Source: Perkinsus chesapeaki ATCC PRA-425 (taxonomy: Eukaryota; Protista; Perkinsozoa). Taken from it: DNA of 64,000 nucleotides. Positions 1 to 11,700 of the stretch are shown here, piece after piece (position 1 is the first letter of the stretch; every line of letters begins with the position of its first letter). Made by a program: the position numbers and the translations under genes. The stretch lies in the NCBI GenBank assembly GCA_013115145.1, contig JAAPAO010000079.1, forward strand, positions 1-64,000. Direction: 5' to 3'. The notes below the pieces were generated by a model. It ran no database searches, had not been told where the DNA came from, and saw nothing but the letters and a program-made list of their open reading frames with translations.

Positions 1-2187
1 GACATTCATAGTCCCCCGATTGTTTCTCAGGATTTCACAAACACTACATTCGCACACTCATTCCGCTAACCATGAAAACGAATTCCGAACCACGTATCCT
101 CCTCAGTGGCAGGTCTATATTCGAGATGAGATGGTGACAGTGGAGCGCTGTTCTTGGAGCACGCAATAGAAAGGATGCATAAGAGGAATGAATGCCATAT
201 TATCATTTGATGAGATTCAACAACTCTGTCAGAATCGACAGCCTCGGGAGGCCTCATGTTCTTGCGGCGTCCTCCTGCCCAGCCTGGGTGATTGGAAGAG
301 AGACGCCCGATAGTTTTCGAATAGAGCCGTGTCGTCACTGGAAGCCCTACTGCAAGGTCAACCACTGGCTGGGTTGGTCGCTTTAAAAGATGATTGAATT
401 TATTGGTCATGTGGGGCACTATTTCGATGCAAAATGGAATGCGAAGCAATAGCTTCGTCGTTGCTGGTGTCGTGAAGGGCTAGGGAGACACAGTCTGCTA
501 CAGGCATCGCGACGATACCCGGAGACTGTCTCCGAGACCACTCGGCTTCCTTACACTGTATAGTGTAAGTTATATCGGCAACCGTTATTGCCTATGTAAA
601 CACAACGAGTTGAGAACGTGTACCAAACATCATAATCAGAGCATGTGACCATCTTTTGCTTCCTTGATAGCATGTAGAGCAGAGTTAGCCGCGGACGCCC
701 CCTGGACTCCAGCCTGTGCTCCCTGAATCGGCAGTCCAACATCTGTCATTATCAAACCGAGCCCACCGCTTCGGCCATCACTTTTGCCAACTTCGGATGA
801 GTTATCAACCCGGCGGCCTTCGACATGTGTTTGGCTGCTTTAAGGAACTCCTCATGGCTCTCTTGCAACTGAGCAGTGCAGGAAGGATTCCAATCCCACA
901 ATTTTCTATGAATCGAGTACTGGATCTGATGGGCCCGCTTACGTAATCTCCAGCTGAATTAGCAAAGCCACAACAACCCGCAGCTTTCACCGGGACAGCC
1001 CAACTGAAGAGGTCGTTATGAATCTGCAGGTAGAGTCGGGATACTTTAGTTCACCGTTTCGCGTTACGTGACGTGCTGCTGTGCCCATTGATGATAGGAT
1101 AGTGTCATTCATAATAAAAATAACGAGAGAGCGGTATGGTAATAGTTCGATTATCACAACGAAGTCGGCGATCCTTGAGCCTTCGTGAAACGCCGGACTT
1201 CGAGGGCCACCCAGCAATGGATAGTGGTTTTGCCACCGGATTCATCGACACTTCAGGGTGCATAAAAATAGGGCATCGAGTTTGACCCCAGACTAACCAC
1301 AGACATACCAATCGAATATGTATTGCATCATCAGAATCGATGGCTGTGAAAAGTTACGAGGGTGGGCCCTTACTTTTTATGCACCCTGTTTTCTCGCACT
1401 ACCATAAACCGAGAAAGCTCTGCCATAGGAATTTACCCAAGTCGAACTTTTAGCGCTTAAGTGGAGTGACAGCGAACCTCAACTGAAACGTTCAGTCGTG
1501 CAGAACACTTCACAAGTTCACCGAAAAACTGATGCACTTCAGCATATCCATGTAGGCCGAAGAAATAATATTGATTCAAGTGTGCAACCGACATTCCCTT
1601 CTTTTCCCTGCTAACAGTACTAAGTACTGCTAACCTGCGAAGTGATAAATACCAATAGAGCGAATTGACCAATTCAACACTCAAATGAACAAATGTAAAA
1701 TTTAGATCGGCGGCAGTTCATCATCCTTGATCAGCGGTTACTTGCTGGAAGCAAAGTCTTAGATTGTTGCTGCATCTTAGATATCGTAACCGGGGATGGA
1801 AGAGGACGACCATGGACTGACAAAAATTATGTGGAATTTTACACAAAACTGAAAGGCGTGGGAGAAATTAGACCTCGCTCAGAAAATTCGTCCAATATGA
1901 AAACTCAATGAAACCAAATACAGGGTAACATTCAGAACCACTTTCATCAAGCTAAAAACAGACCGCAAAACTCTGACACATTAATGTGTGACAAATTCTT
2001 CACTTACCATCCACTATAATTTTAAGAGGCAATGTACCAAAACTACTAAGACGGTGACTCTCCATGGGCAAATGATATTAAGTTGGTTCAAAAATAAGTC
2101 GAAAGCCTCAAACGCAGTCCCAACGTAATATAGTGCTCAACTCTCTATGCAGCGATGAGCTGGGAATGTATAGGTTAACTGACTTAC

Positions 2188-5100
2188 CTTTGCTGATGTC
2201 CCAAACTCTCACCTGACGATCCCAACCAACCGATGCCGCTAGACTGAATAGGATCCCTCGAGAAGATATGCAACCAGAAATGCTTACTTTGGAGTAAATA
2301 GGGACATATCAACACCATAGACAAACTCAGAGTGATGGTCGAACCGATCCACGAGATGACCAGGCGCGGAGGTCGCTTCCAGATCCCACACGATGACGGA
2401 CATGTCACTGGAATAGAGGGCGGAGCGAAGCTGGTCACAAGAGGAGGAGGAAGCTTACTATCCAGCGCTAATAATGGTCCTCGCATTGTGAGGGTGGCAC
2501 TTTACTCGTCGAACTGCGAGCTCATGACCAGCCATAGTAACCTGTGCACTTTTGTGTGATTTCATACATAAAATATACATGCTACTGTTCACGTGAACCC
2601 CGTCGCACAACTACAGCGAGTTTTATACGGAATATTCGAGGAAGTCGGAGGAATATATGCATTAGTGCGATAAAGGCCAAATGGCATCAGCGCCTTCGGG
2701 TCAAAGGGATACAGTGAGACGGAAAATGAGGATCAAGTTTTCATTAAGTACATCACAAAGTGTTATTCTAACTGAGCAATGCCAACCCTAACGCATGGGT
2801 TTCGTGGATCGCTTGCTAACTAGAGTCTTATGAACCCTACGTGAGCGGATCACAGCAGCACTCGGCAGCCTGAATCCCGAGGATGAAGCTCACTTGCAAC
2901 AACAAAGTTAGAGCGGCTAAGGGCTCCAGTATGGAAGAGATAAGAGCCGTTTCGCACTGGATGAAATTGATCGAGCTGTGTTTGCCTATGTGGCGCTAAA
3001 CACAAGGCAAAAGCTTACCACTGGACTTGTGGGATTGCGGACATCCCAGCTCCGAACAACTCGATCAACTCCAGCGGTTACGATGATGCCGTCAGAATAC
3101 TTATGCCAATCACAGGATAGGATTTCACCATCGTGGGCGTGAGGAATGATGACTGTCGGTGGAGCTTGAGCCTGACAGAAAAGGCGATACAGACCAGAGG
3201 CTTCCTCGCGGCGCTCCCCGGGCAAAATAAAATAACGCAATCGGACCAAACCGAGACCTTTAAACGACATTCCCGAGCGAGGAACGCTTCCGTTCAACGA
3301 GCCAGTCGCTACGGAGTTCACGTGGGGCGGGTTTGACCTTCTCATAGGCAATTTGAGGCACTCATGCTCATGGATTCCGTAAGATGAGATGACATTATTT
3401 GGACGGCTGACGGGTATCCGTCTAACCGTAACCCAACACAGTATGTGACGAGAGTCCCTTAGCTATCACGGTTAGCGAAACCAGAGCCCAGTAAGAGAGG
3501 GATTTATCCAGTTGTGCATAACACCGCATCCAACAGATACAAAGTGATAGGAGGGGAAGTACGACTGACTCGAGAACACAGCAGCTTACAGGCATTCGCA
3601 GATCATGTACACAAATCTTTCCATCAGCGCCGACGGTGGCGAGCAGGTTAGCGTCTCGAGGCGACCAAGAACATCCGTATATAACCCCGGCATGCCGACC
3701 TTCCAGTCGGAGGCAAACTGAGGCCTGAAGGGAGCACCGAGAATGAAACGGAGATGCCGGGAGACCACAGTTGCGACTCGCCTTTGGCAGATCCCAGATG
3801 TTGATGATTCTATCCCAGCCAACCGATGCAAGCCAAGTCGGTCGTAATGCATTGCACTCAATCCAGCTCAACTGTGAAGTAGGAATGAAATCAATGATCT
3901 CCTCTTACGGGCAGCGTACCTCTGCTGAGTGGCCCACTAAATTTGCAATGGGAAGATTACCACTAGGAGAAGCGACATCAAAAACTTTGATGCTTCCATC
4001 ACCGGTAGCAGCGAACACCTGAACGTAGTTGGTTACATTCCCGTGGAAATGAAGATCACAACCGGAGGCAGAGGTGTGATAACAAGTGGGCCTGACACTC
4101 AAGCTACCCGAAGCTCCGATTCAGGCTGAGATCGCTCCGCTGATGACGAGATGACTGAATCCCGGGACGCGTCCGAATTTAGCTACAAGCTTCCTTACTA
4201 AAACGTATCGAAACTGCACACAAACAACAATATTGATACTACGCAGCAGAAAAGTATAATTCCTTTAGAGGTGTAATTTTAAACATTATGGCCATCTGAC
4301 TCTAACACTGGCGACTAACTTACTATTCGATCGTTGTCCTCGGCCCACGCCAAATCAAAGCAACCATCTTTTGTAAGATACTCTTGATACTCTGTTGGCC
4401 GAGAGAGATCCAGAATCACCAACTGAATCGGAAGACAAAAGCAATAATAATAGACTCATTTACAATAGATAATTCGATAATATATAGAATCTATTAAAAG
4501 TATTATCAGAATCAAGTGAGCATGAGTAGTTATAATATATTTATTAGGTATCGGTAGTATCAACAAGGGATCTATTATCATATATTGTCATCGTTATTTA
4601 GTTATAAATAGATACAATATAGAAGCTAGTTTAGAATAATACCCAATTAAGAGAAACTGGCTCATCAAGGAGCTCCACCAGCGATACGCGGAAGCCAGAA
4701 TCTAAGTTTGGCACATTGCTCTGAGTCTCGGATTCCACATCTCCAACCACGCGGCGTTCATGGAAATGAATCACGGAATATCTATTTTTGAATTTCCTTG
4801 GAATGCCGCGAGATTTTATTTTATTAATTCATTATACGCTTTTCTCTCTCGGATGCACATTTGCGATCGGCAGAGTCCATTCTGTGGGAACGCGCGCGCA
4901 TCGTTGCCGTATTAAGTGGGATTCCCTCCCATCACAAGCGTAAATTCGAATGTGAGACTCCGAACTGATTGGTTCTACGAAAACTAGTTAAACGAGACGT
5001 TGAATTATTATTTCGTTTTATACCGACTGACAGCAATTCAGTCATTTACTTCTTACTATATCTCGATAAGTGGCAGAAGACTTACCTTGCCATTGCCGAC

Positions 5101-5205
5101 TATACCGTAGTACTGTGCGGTGGCTACTGCTAGCTTATGTGAATTGAATGGTGAAAATTGACAAGAATAACCGGAAAAGTGAGTGGTGGTTTGAAACGAT
5201 GACAT
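2188..5205 (-). CDS. PEX7: Peroxisomal PTS2 receptor Pex7 (WD40), multi-exon; last exon not located
   Basis: Spliced reading MSSFQTTTHFSGYSCQFSPFNSHKLAVATAQYYGIVGNGK ... ATGDGSIKVFD ... HAHDGEILSCDWHKY ... GHELAVRRVKCHPHNARTIISAGY|DMSVIVWD ... HHSEFVYGVDMSLF; matches Pex7 N- and C-terminal signatures. Confidence 0.9.
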
Positions 5206-5549
5206 CAACGAGCCACACACTAAATAAAATAAACTCGACAGACAGCAGTCTCGACCACATGCCATCTTCGCCGCCAAAACTAATCCTTCACGAAGTTTTG
5301 CCGTTCGCGAGCGACCGTACTAGCCAGTAAAACCACATAATACGCAACCTCTGTTATCTGTGGGAGTCTGTCCCCAAGTGAGCGTCGAGTCGAGATGATT
5401 ATAAAATGGCCCTCCCTCCAAAACAAGTGTCTTTCTTCCCTTCACCATGCACGCAAATTGAAATAGTAGTATCTTTCCTCCGTATTGCGTTTTCTCTGTA
5501 GTGTGACTCTTGTCCCAAAACTCAAATCCACTTGAAGTTTCGGTAAACG

Positions 5550-8421
5550 TTAGTTAACCATATCGCTCGGGTCATCAGTCGGCCACATTTCCTGCGATTT
5601 CGTTATCAACCGCTTGACACATTGGATGTACTTCCGCGTAGTCTCGTCGTTGAGGATGTGGGCGCATTGGTTCGAACCTATCTTATCATTTGCAGCACGA
5701 TCCTGGATGCCCCACTGAGTTACCCCGACCGGCCATGGCGCGTCACCTAAAACAAAGCACCATCAAGAAGCGTCCTTAAAAGACATCTGATTCTGCGTGA
5801 GGCATCGCTGACAACATTAGGAAGATACTAGACTATTCAAGACCGTCAAACACTTGTAAAAAATAGGCGATGATTTTGTATCAGAAGAACAACCTTGGGT
5901 CCTTCAGCAACTTTAGCGACTTAAGCGACTTCCACGAACTGACTGAGTGCCACCATTTTACTATATGAATGAAGACTATTAGCATGTTAATTTAATAGTC
6001 AATTATTAGGTACTATAATACTTTAAGTTTAATTACTTAGTTCTATTACTATTCCTTTAATCTTTATTTGTTACTATTACTAATATTATTAGTTCTATTA
6101 CTATTCCTTCAATCTTCATTTGTTACTATTACTAATATTATTAGTTCTATTACTATTCCTCTTTGTTAATCAGGAATTTGTGTACTCTACAAGATACGAG
6201 ACTCATCAATAATATCCACAAAAACTCCCTCGAAGTTGCTGTTACTCACCGATGGCCAGTAACATGTAGAACTCGTTGGCTTCCCTATACTTCTTCAAAC
6301 CACTCAACTTAGCAATGGAGTGCAATTTAGTTTGTATTTCTGGATCCAACGACCCTGCCTTCAGTCGGCTCAACAGCGGCCTTAGGTACTGTTTGCTTTG
6401 ACGGTACTGGGCTAAAAGGGACATGTAAAGAAGACCGTGAAACATTGAACAATCCGACATTTCTACATTAAAGTTCAAAGTCGCATTGTGGAATTAGACA
6501 GCAGCCCTACAGAGCCATCGGTACGGTGCGCTCAAGATTACTACGCAAATTCCCGAGTGTTGACTTTGGCACGCAGCGGCGTATTTGCCGAAAGGCTAAG
6601 CGAAAAAGCATTACTAAGCCTCCTTCCAAACGAGACCGAGCTCTGAGATAATCATCAGCCGGAGCAGGATCACTGCCAAATCAGGTATTTATTAAATTTA
6701 TATATTATTTTTGCTTCTTACGTATTATTGATGGAAGTTGTTCACCGAATGCGGGATGGCCCAATAGGAACTACTATTGCTTTGCAAGGAGTTGAAAAAT
6801 GTGTTATTTAATTTCACGGCAGCCATCTCCTCACCGGTTTTGTTGCGACCGGCGGCGGTCTGCTTTATCTCGTCTGGTCGTGAACCAAGTTGAGTCTCCC
6901 AGGCCTTCAACACTTTTCTGATCCATCTGATGATGTCACGGTCTTCCGGTTTCAGTGAACCTGACAACAAAAAACAAGGGCTGAGCCGAGAATCGAACCC
7001 GGGACCTCGCGCACCCGAAGCGCGAATCATACCACTAGACCACACAGCCGATACTATTTTCCTTACTTTCATCCTCTGGTGGAGCTTGAGACTCTCCTGC
7101 CGGCACTTCATCGTGCATCACCTAATAACAAGCAACTACTTCATTCCAACTACCAGAATATGCCCACCTTTTGCAGCACGTTCGTTTGACCATCGTCCTC
7201 GTCACTTCCACCAGCTCGAGACGATGAGTGAACCAATCGCAGATACCTAAGCAGTCGGACCGTCGGAGCATTTCCCGAGACACTTGAGTTCCACTTATGG
7301 CACATTATCATCGAATCAGTAGGAAGAAGCATCGTCTAATCCTCTCATCTTGCCGCTAGTTGTCCGAAGTTATACTTTATTATAATAACACTTGAAATCT
7401 GATAGGCTTTTGTCTACGGAAATTTCTCACCACGAAAAAATTTCTTACTCTTAACAGACACCGATACCTGCTGCACAAGTTTTACCAGTCTTAATAGTCA
7501 TTTGCATTCCCTTCAACTAACTGGACATTTTTATGATACTCAAACCATTCCAAAAGCCCGGAGCCAACAGCCCTTCACAGTAGGAAATCGATCAACTTGG
7601 CCCACCTGTCCTTATCAGACTCCCCGAAAAGCGTGCAAGGCTCTCCCAACGACCGCAGCTGCTCGAAGACCTCATACAGGTCCTCCTCATCCATAAGCGT
7701 CTCATCCGTCCACGAATCTATATCTTGTATCGACAACAATCTGCAAAAAAAGATTCAAAATCTTAGCGGAGCGAAGCAGCATACCCGAGGCCAGAGTTGT
7801 TGCTGTCATCCTGGTCACTGCCGTGCTTCCGTTTTGACCTCATTCGTTTGCCGTGTTCGATCTCCTTGTGAAGCTCAGTGATGCGCGCCTGCCAAAATAA
7901 TCATCCTTCAGCAGGGACAGCGACCTCCATGGATTGAGTTATAGAGCCCCTCACATGTTGATACCTACACTGTAGGCTTGGCGGAATTTCTTGTTTTACC
8001 ATCACCAGAAATTCTACAGGAAAATGCTCTTCGACAAAATCGCCGAATCAATTCGTTTTTCATGAATATAATTTAATACCACTCTTTCCACTACTCCTCA
8101 CTAACATATACCCATCCCTATATATAATATAAATAATTTAATACCACTCCTTCCACTACTCCTCACTAACATATACCCATACTTATATATAATATAAATA
8201 ATTTCATACCACTCCTTCCACTACTCCTCACTAACATATACCCATCCCTATATATGATATAAATAATTTCATACCACTCTTTCCATCTCTCTTTGCCTTT
8301 CCTTCTCCATCTCCTTCTCTCTCTCCTTCAAATATTCTTCTTTTCGTCGTTGCTCTATATCTCCTCTTCTACCAATACTCTTACCAGCCCCACCAGCTAT
8401 CATAGCAGCGAGCTCGTCCAT
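5550..8421 (-). CDS. PRP18: Pre-mRNA splicing factor Prp18, multi-exon
   Basis: LRSLGEPCTLFGESDKDRW (PRP4-like motif); IIRWIRKVLKAWE; RQSKQYLRPL ... YREANEFYMLLAIG|DAPWPVGVT ... AHILNDETTRKYIQCVKRLIT. Confidence 0.92.
6037..6160. repeat. AT-rich ~52-bp tandem repeat (~2.4 copies) in a PRP18 intron
   Basis: ttagttctattactattcc recurs at 6037, 6089 and 6141. Confidence 0.75.
6978..7049 (-). tRNA. tRNA-Pro(CGG), intact, inside a 106-nt PRP18 intron (6961-7066)
   Basis: GGCTGTGTGGTCTAGTGGTATGATTCGCGCTTCGGGTGCGCGAGGTCCCGGGTTCGATTCTCGGCTCAGCCC followed by a T-run; cloverleaf; flanking exons join in frame (PPEDES|SLKPED). Confidence 0.97.
8069..8285. repeat. 65-bp tandem repeat (~3.3 copies) spanning the PRP18 exon-1 donor
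   Basis: ataccactc(t/c)ttccactactcctcactaacatatacccat at 8076, 8141, 8206; partial copy at 8271. Confidence 0.92.
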
Positions 8422-8719
8422 AGTAACAAAATGCAAACTGAGAGTCTAATCTGCTTCATACTTCTTATTATTAGACTTCATATATCGGTGATCAATATAT
8501 TATAACACACCTTAACACTGCGGCACTTTCGACATCCGAGATAGAACAGAGAACTGCTGATAATACCCGGCAGGATTATAAAATTGGAAATATATGTCAC
8601 CGCTCGACTATTCAAAGTAGGGCAGATTCGGAGACAACTCACACAAAATCTACTCGTCCCTCCCATCCCCCCGAATCAAGAAGTGTATTTTCCGCGCGAT
8701 TTGGCGATTGATTGAATCC

Positions 8720-11700
8720 ACAACGTCGTTTTGTTATTCTGCAGCGTCCACCCCAGTTCCTAATACGACCTCCGACCTATCTACGACAATGTCTACAGTG
8801 CCTATTGGCCTCAGCAAGGACATACCTTGACAATGCATCAGTAACATTTAGTTTACTCCTTCTCGTGCAAACAATCATATTGTCAATCGCTCATTCCTCC
8901 TCGCTCGAGAGTATGACTTCATCGCTGCTAGATCTCGAAATATTCCTTTGCATCAAGTTTCGGTCAATCCACTGACAATGTTGAGTACGACTTAATATCC
9001 CAGGCTTTCGACAAATCACCAAATTGCCAAGTCCCAACGTCTGGCTATGACGTCAAAAGATACCTCCCTGCGCACTCTGAAGATTTTGGATACCACCACT
9101 ACCAACGCAACCATACACAGGGCTGAAAACTCATACCAAACTTTGAGCAAATCATCTTAGTTCTCACACGGCCCCAGTCCGCCCAAGACGCTGCGGTTGA
9201 GGAAGAGCAGTCATGACCATATCCATGCATTTACACTAAAAATGACGCCTGTGGGATTAGAACTCGCGACCTCTGGGTATCGAACCTTACTAATATTCAA
9301 CGAAATACAAGGAGCTAAACGTTGCGCAATTTCGACTTTCTCGAAACTTGCCATCCGAGATTCTCGCGCAGTTCTGAAGGTTCGCGGATCAGAATAATAA
9401 CACTTTCAGATAGTTACTTCGTCCTCAACAGTTTCGCTATGTGGGGCTCGGCAGCCCCCAATAGAGATGGGTAGTCAATATAGAGCTGAAAATAGAGATT
9501 TGGCGACCACCTGCCCAATTCGAAAAGGCGCGCATTCTACGAGTGTTTGAGTCTGACTTCCTTCTAATAGTTATCATTGATGACTACAGTAGATGTATTC
9601 AAGATTTGGACGACACCTACCTCCCCGAAATTCTTACCGTTTGCCCAATGTCAACTCCTGCACTTGAGCGTTTAGCGAAAACGCCGAGACCGTCCTCGAT
9701 TTGCAAACTATACGCACCACAAAGATTCTCACAGCTATTAAATAGGTCCACTAGTATTAGGAACTCATCCCTACCTGAGGAATCTTAGCTTGAAGCGAGG
9801 CTTACGCGAAAAGAAAGATACTCACCTTGCTGTGTACTAGGTAGCCCCAACGAATTCAATAATCGCTCGAGAGGAATACGAGAATAAATGGCGGAGATCT
9901 GCGGTGGGAAAAATGCCGCCACCAGGGGTCGAACTCGGGACCTCCGACCTGTTTTAATTTCGCCAAGGTTTTCTTATTCGCAATTAAAGGTATCAATCGG
10001 TTCTCAACTAACTCACGCAAACCTTCGGATTCCAACGTCCGCATATCCGCCTCTCCAAGGACAGTCCGCTGAAAACATTTACAAGCTCGATTGCATCTTG
10101 CACGGTTCAACCTAAGATACCTCTTCGCCGTTCATGCTCATTAACACTAGCTTTCCAATCACATCTTTAACTCGTCTTCTTTCTCCATCGTTCATAATTT
10201 CGCGGCGCGCGGTCACTAACAGCATATCTCCCGTATACCCGACTTGCCCATTCCCACCTGCCATCGACGCCTCTCTACCACTCCCTGTCGTCATCATACT
10301 GTTAACGTACCTTAAAAATATAACACTTGAAAGCTATGCGTAGTCGGACTCTCATACGGTCTGTGGCTTGGCTGTGGGCCGCATGCCCCTCTATGAAAGG
10401 AGGAATGGGAAGGTATAACGGTATAATCGTCTGATACCATTTGACCCCTAGGAGTCAGATAACACTTTCAAGTGGTAGTGTTCGATAATTTTTGTAAGAG
10501 AGAAGCCAGAAGCGCATCCCTGATAAACACAATGAGCAGTGAAGTTTCAAGCTATCAAATAAAATATGAAAGTATTATCGGGGATTGCCAGTTCGGATCC
10601 TATACCGGAACTTGCCAATACAGATTGATAGCAGTGAGGCAACGCTCAGTATTCCTAACCATTTCCCCTTCCACGTGACTCCAAACAAGTCAGGAAAACT
10701 CCTCAAAAATTAGTTTGATAAAAATTATTTTTTCCCAATCCGCTTTCGGATTTTCTCTCGCTCAGTCACCCGCGTACTTTTTAAGGTGAGCTGGTATCCC
10801 TTGCGGGAAAAGTTGGCCCACCGCAGCTGGCACCGTAGAACTTATCGCTCCGCCAAAATCGATCAACTTCAATACGACATAAAGATGCAACGCTCTGCCG
10901 ATTATGCCCTAAAGCGAGCAATTTCATGGCGCGCGAGAAAACTACAATTTACCGTGTTTTCCTCATTATTAAGTGTATCCTGTACACAGCAGATGGCCAC
11001 ATTGGCAGCTTGGATGGCCGCGGAAATATCCAAACGAAGAAGACACCTTGCATTGTCATACCTGAATCACTGGAACATGATACTGTACCAGTCATCTAGT
11101 GAGGGGGAATCGATTGGGTATATACCTCGCAGATGTACCACATCGACCACGTGGAAGAAATAAATACCTGGAACCTTTCATTGTCCAGAAAGTTACGGCT
11201 GCTCATCGACCCCCCTCGCCAGATGACCACGGCGAAGTGATAGAAATAGGTAAGCTTTGAAGCGAGTCAAACTGACTCTCTGGATTCTGGAGGTCAAGCT
11301 ACTCCCTCGGCCATTGAGCCCTCTGCGAACACTAACAAAGTCGGTACAACCTCTGACCGAGTGTTTTCCCAGAAGACATTCAGATTTAAGAACCTCCTCT
11401 ACACACAACCGTGAGCTCAACTCCAAACCAAAAGATACTCCAAACGGAACTTGCCATTTTTCCATCACCGCCAAAATCTTTCCTTCACCCCACATTCCCG
11501 CCGCTCACCACCATCCCAAATACTCCATTTCCGATACTCCTCTTCCGCAACAACTGATCGGTGAGCAACTCTCCCGTGTCCGCCGAGCCACCTCGAACGC
11601 CTCAGAACTCACGCTTGCCTAAAACCCCTTATGATCGTTTTTCGTCCTTACAAAGCCCTACGTGCATAATCTCGCAAAGCGCTTGCGTGAGGACGCCCGG

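Noticed and set aside
1-1320. Probable minus-strand gene fragment
   Set aside because: Exon-like segments present, but no consistent frame or family could be established
2726-2775. C/D-box-like ATGAGGA...CTGA
   Set aside because: No terminal stem or recognisable rRNA guide; antisense to the host gene
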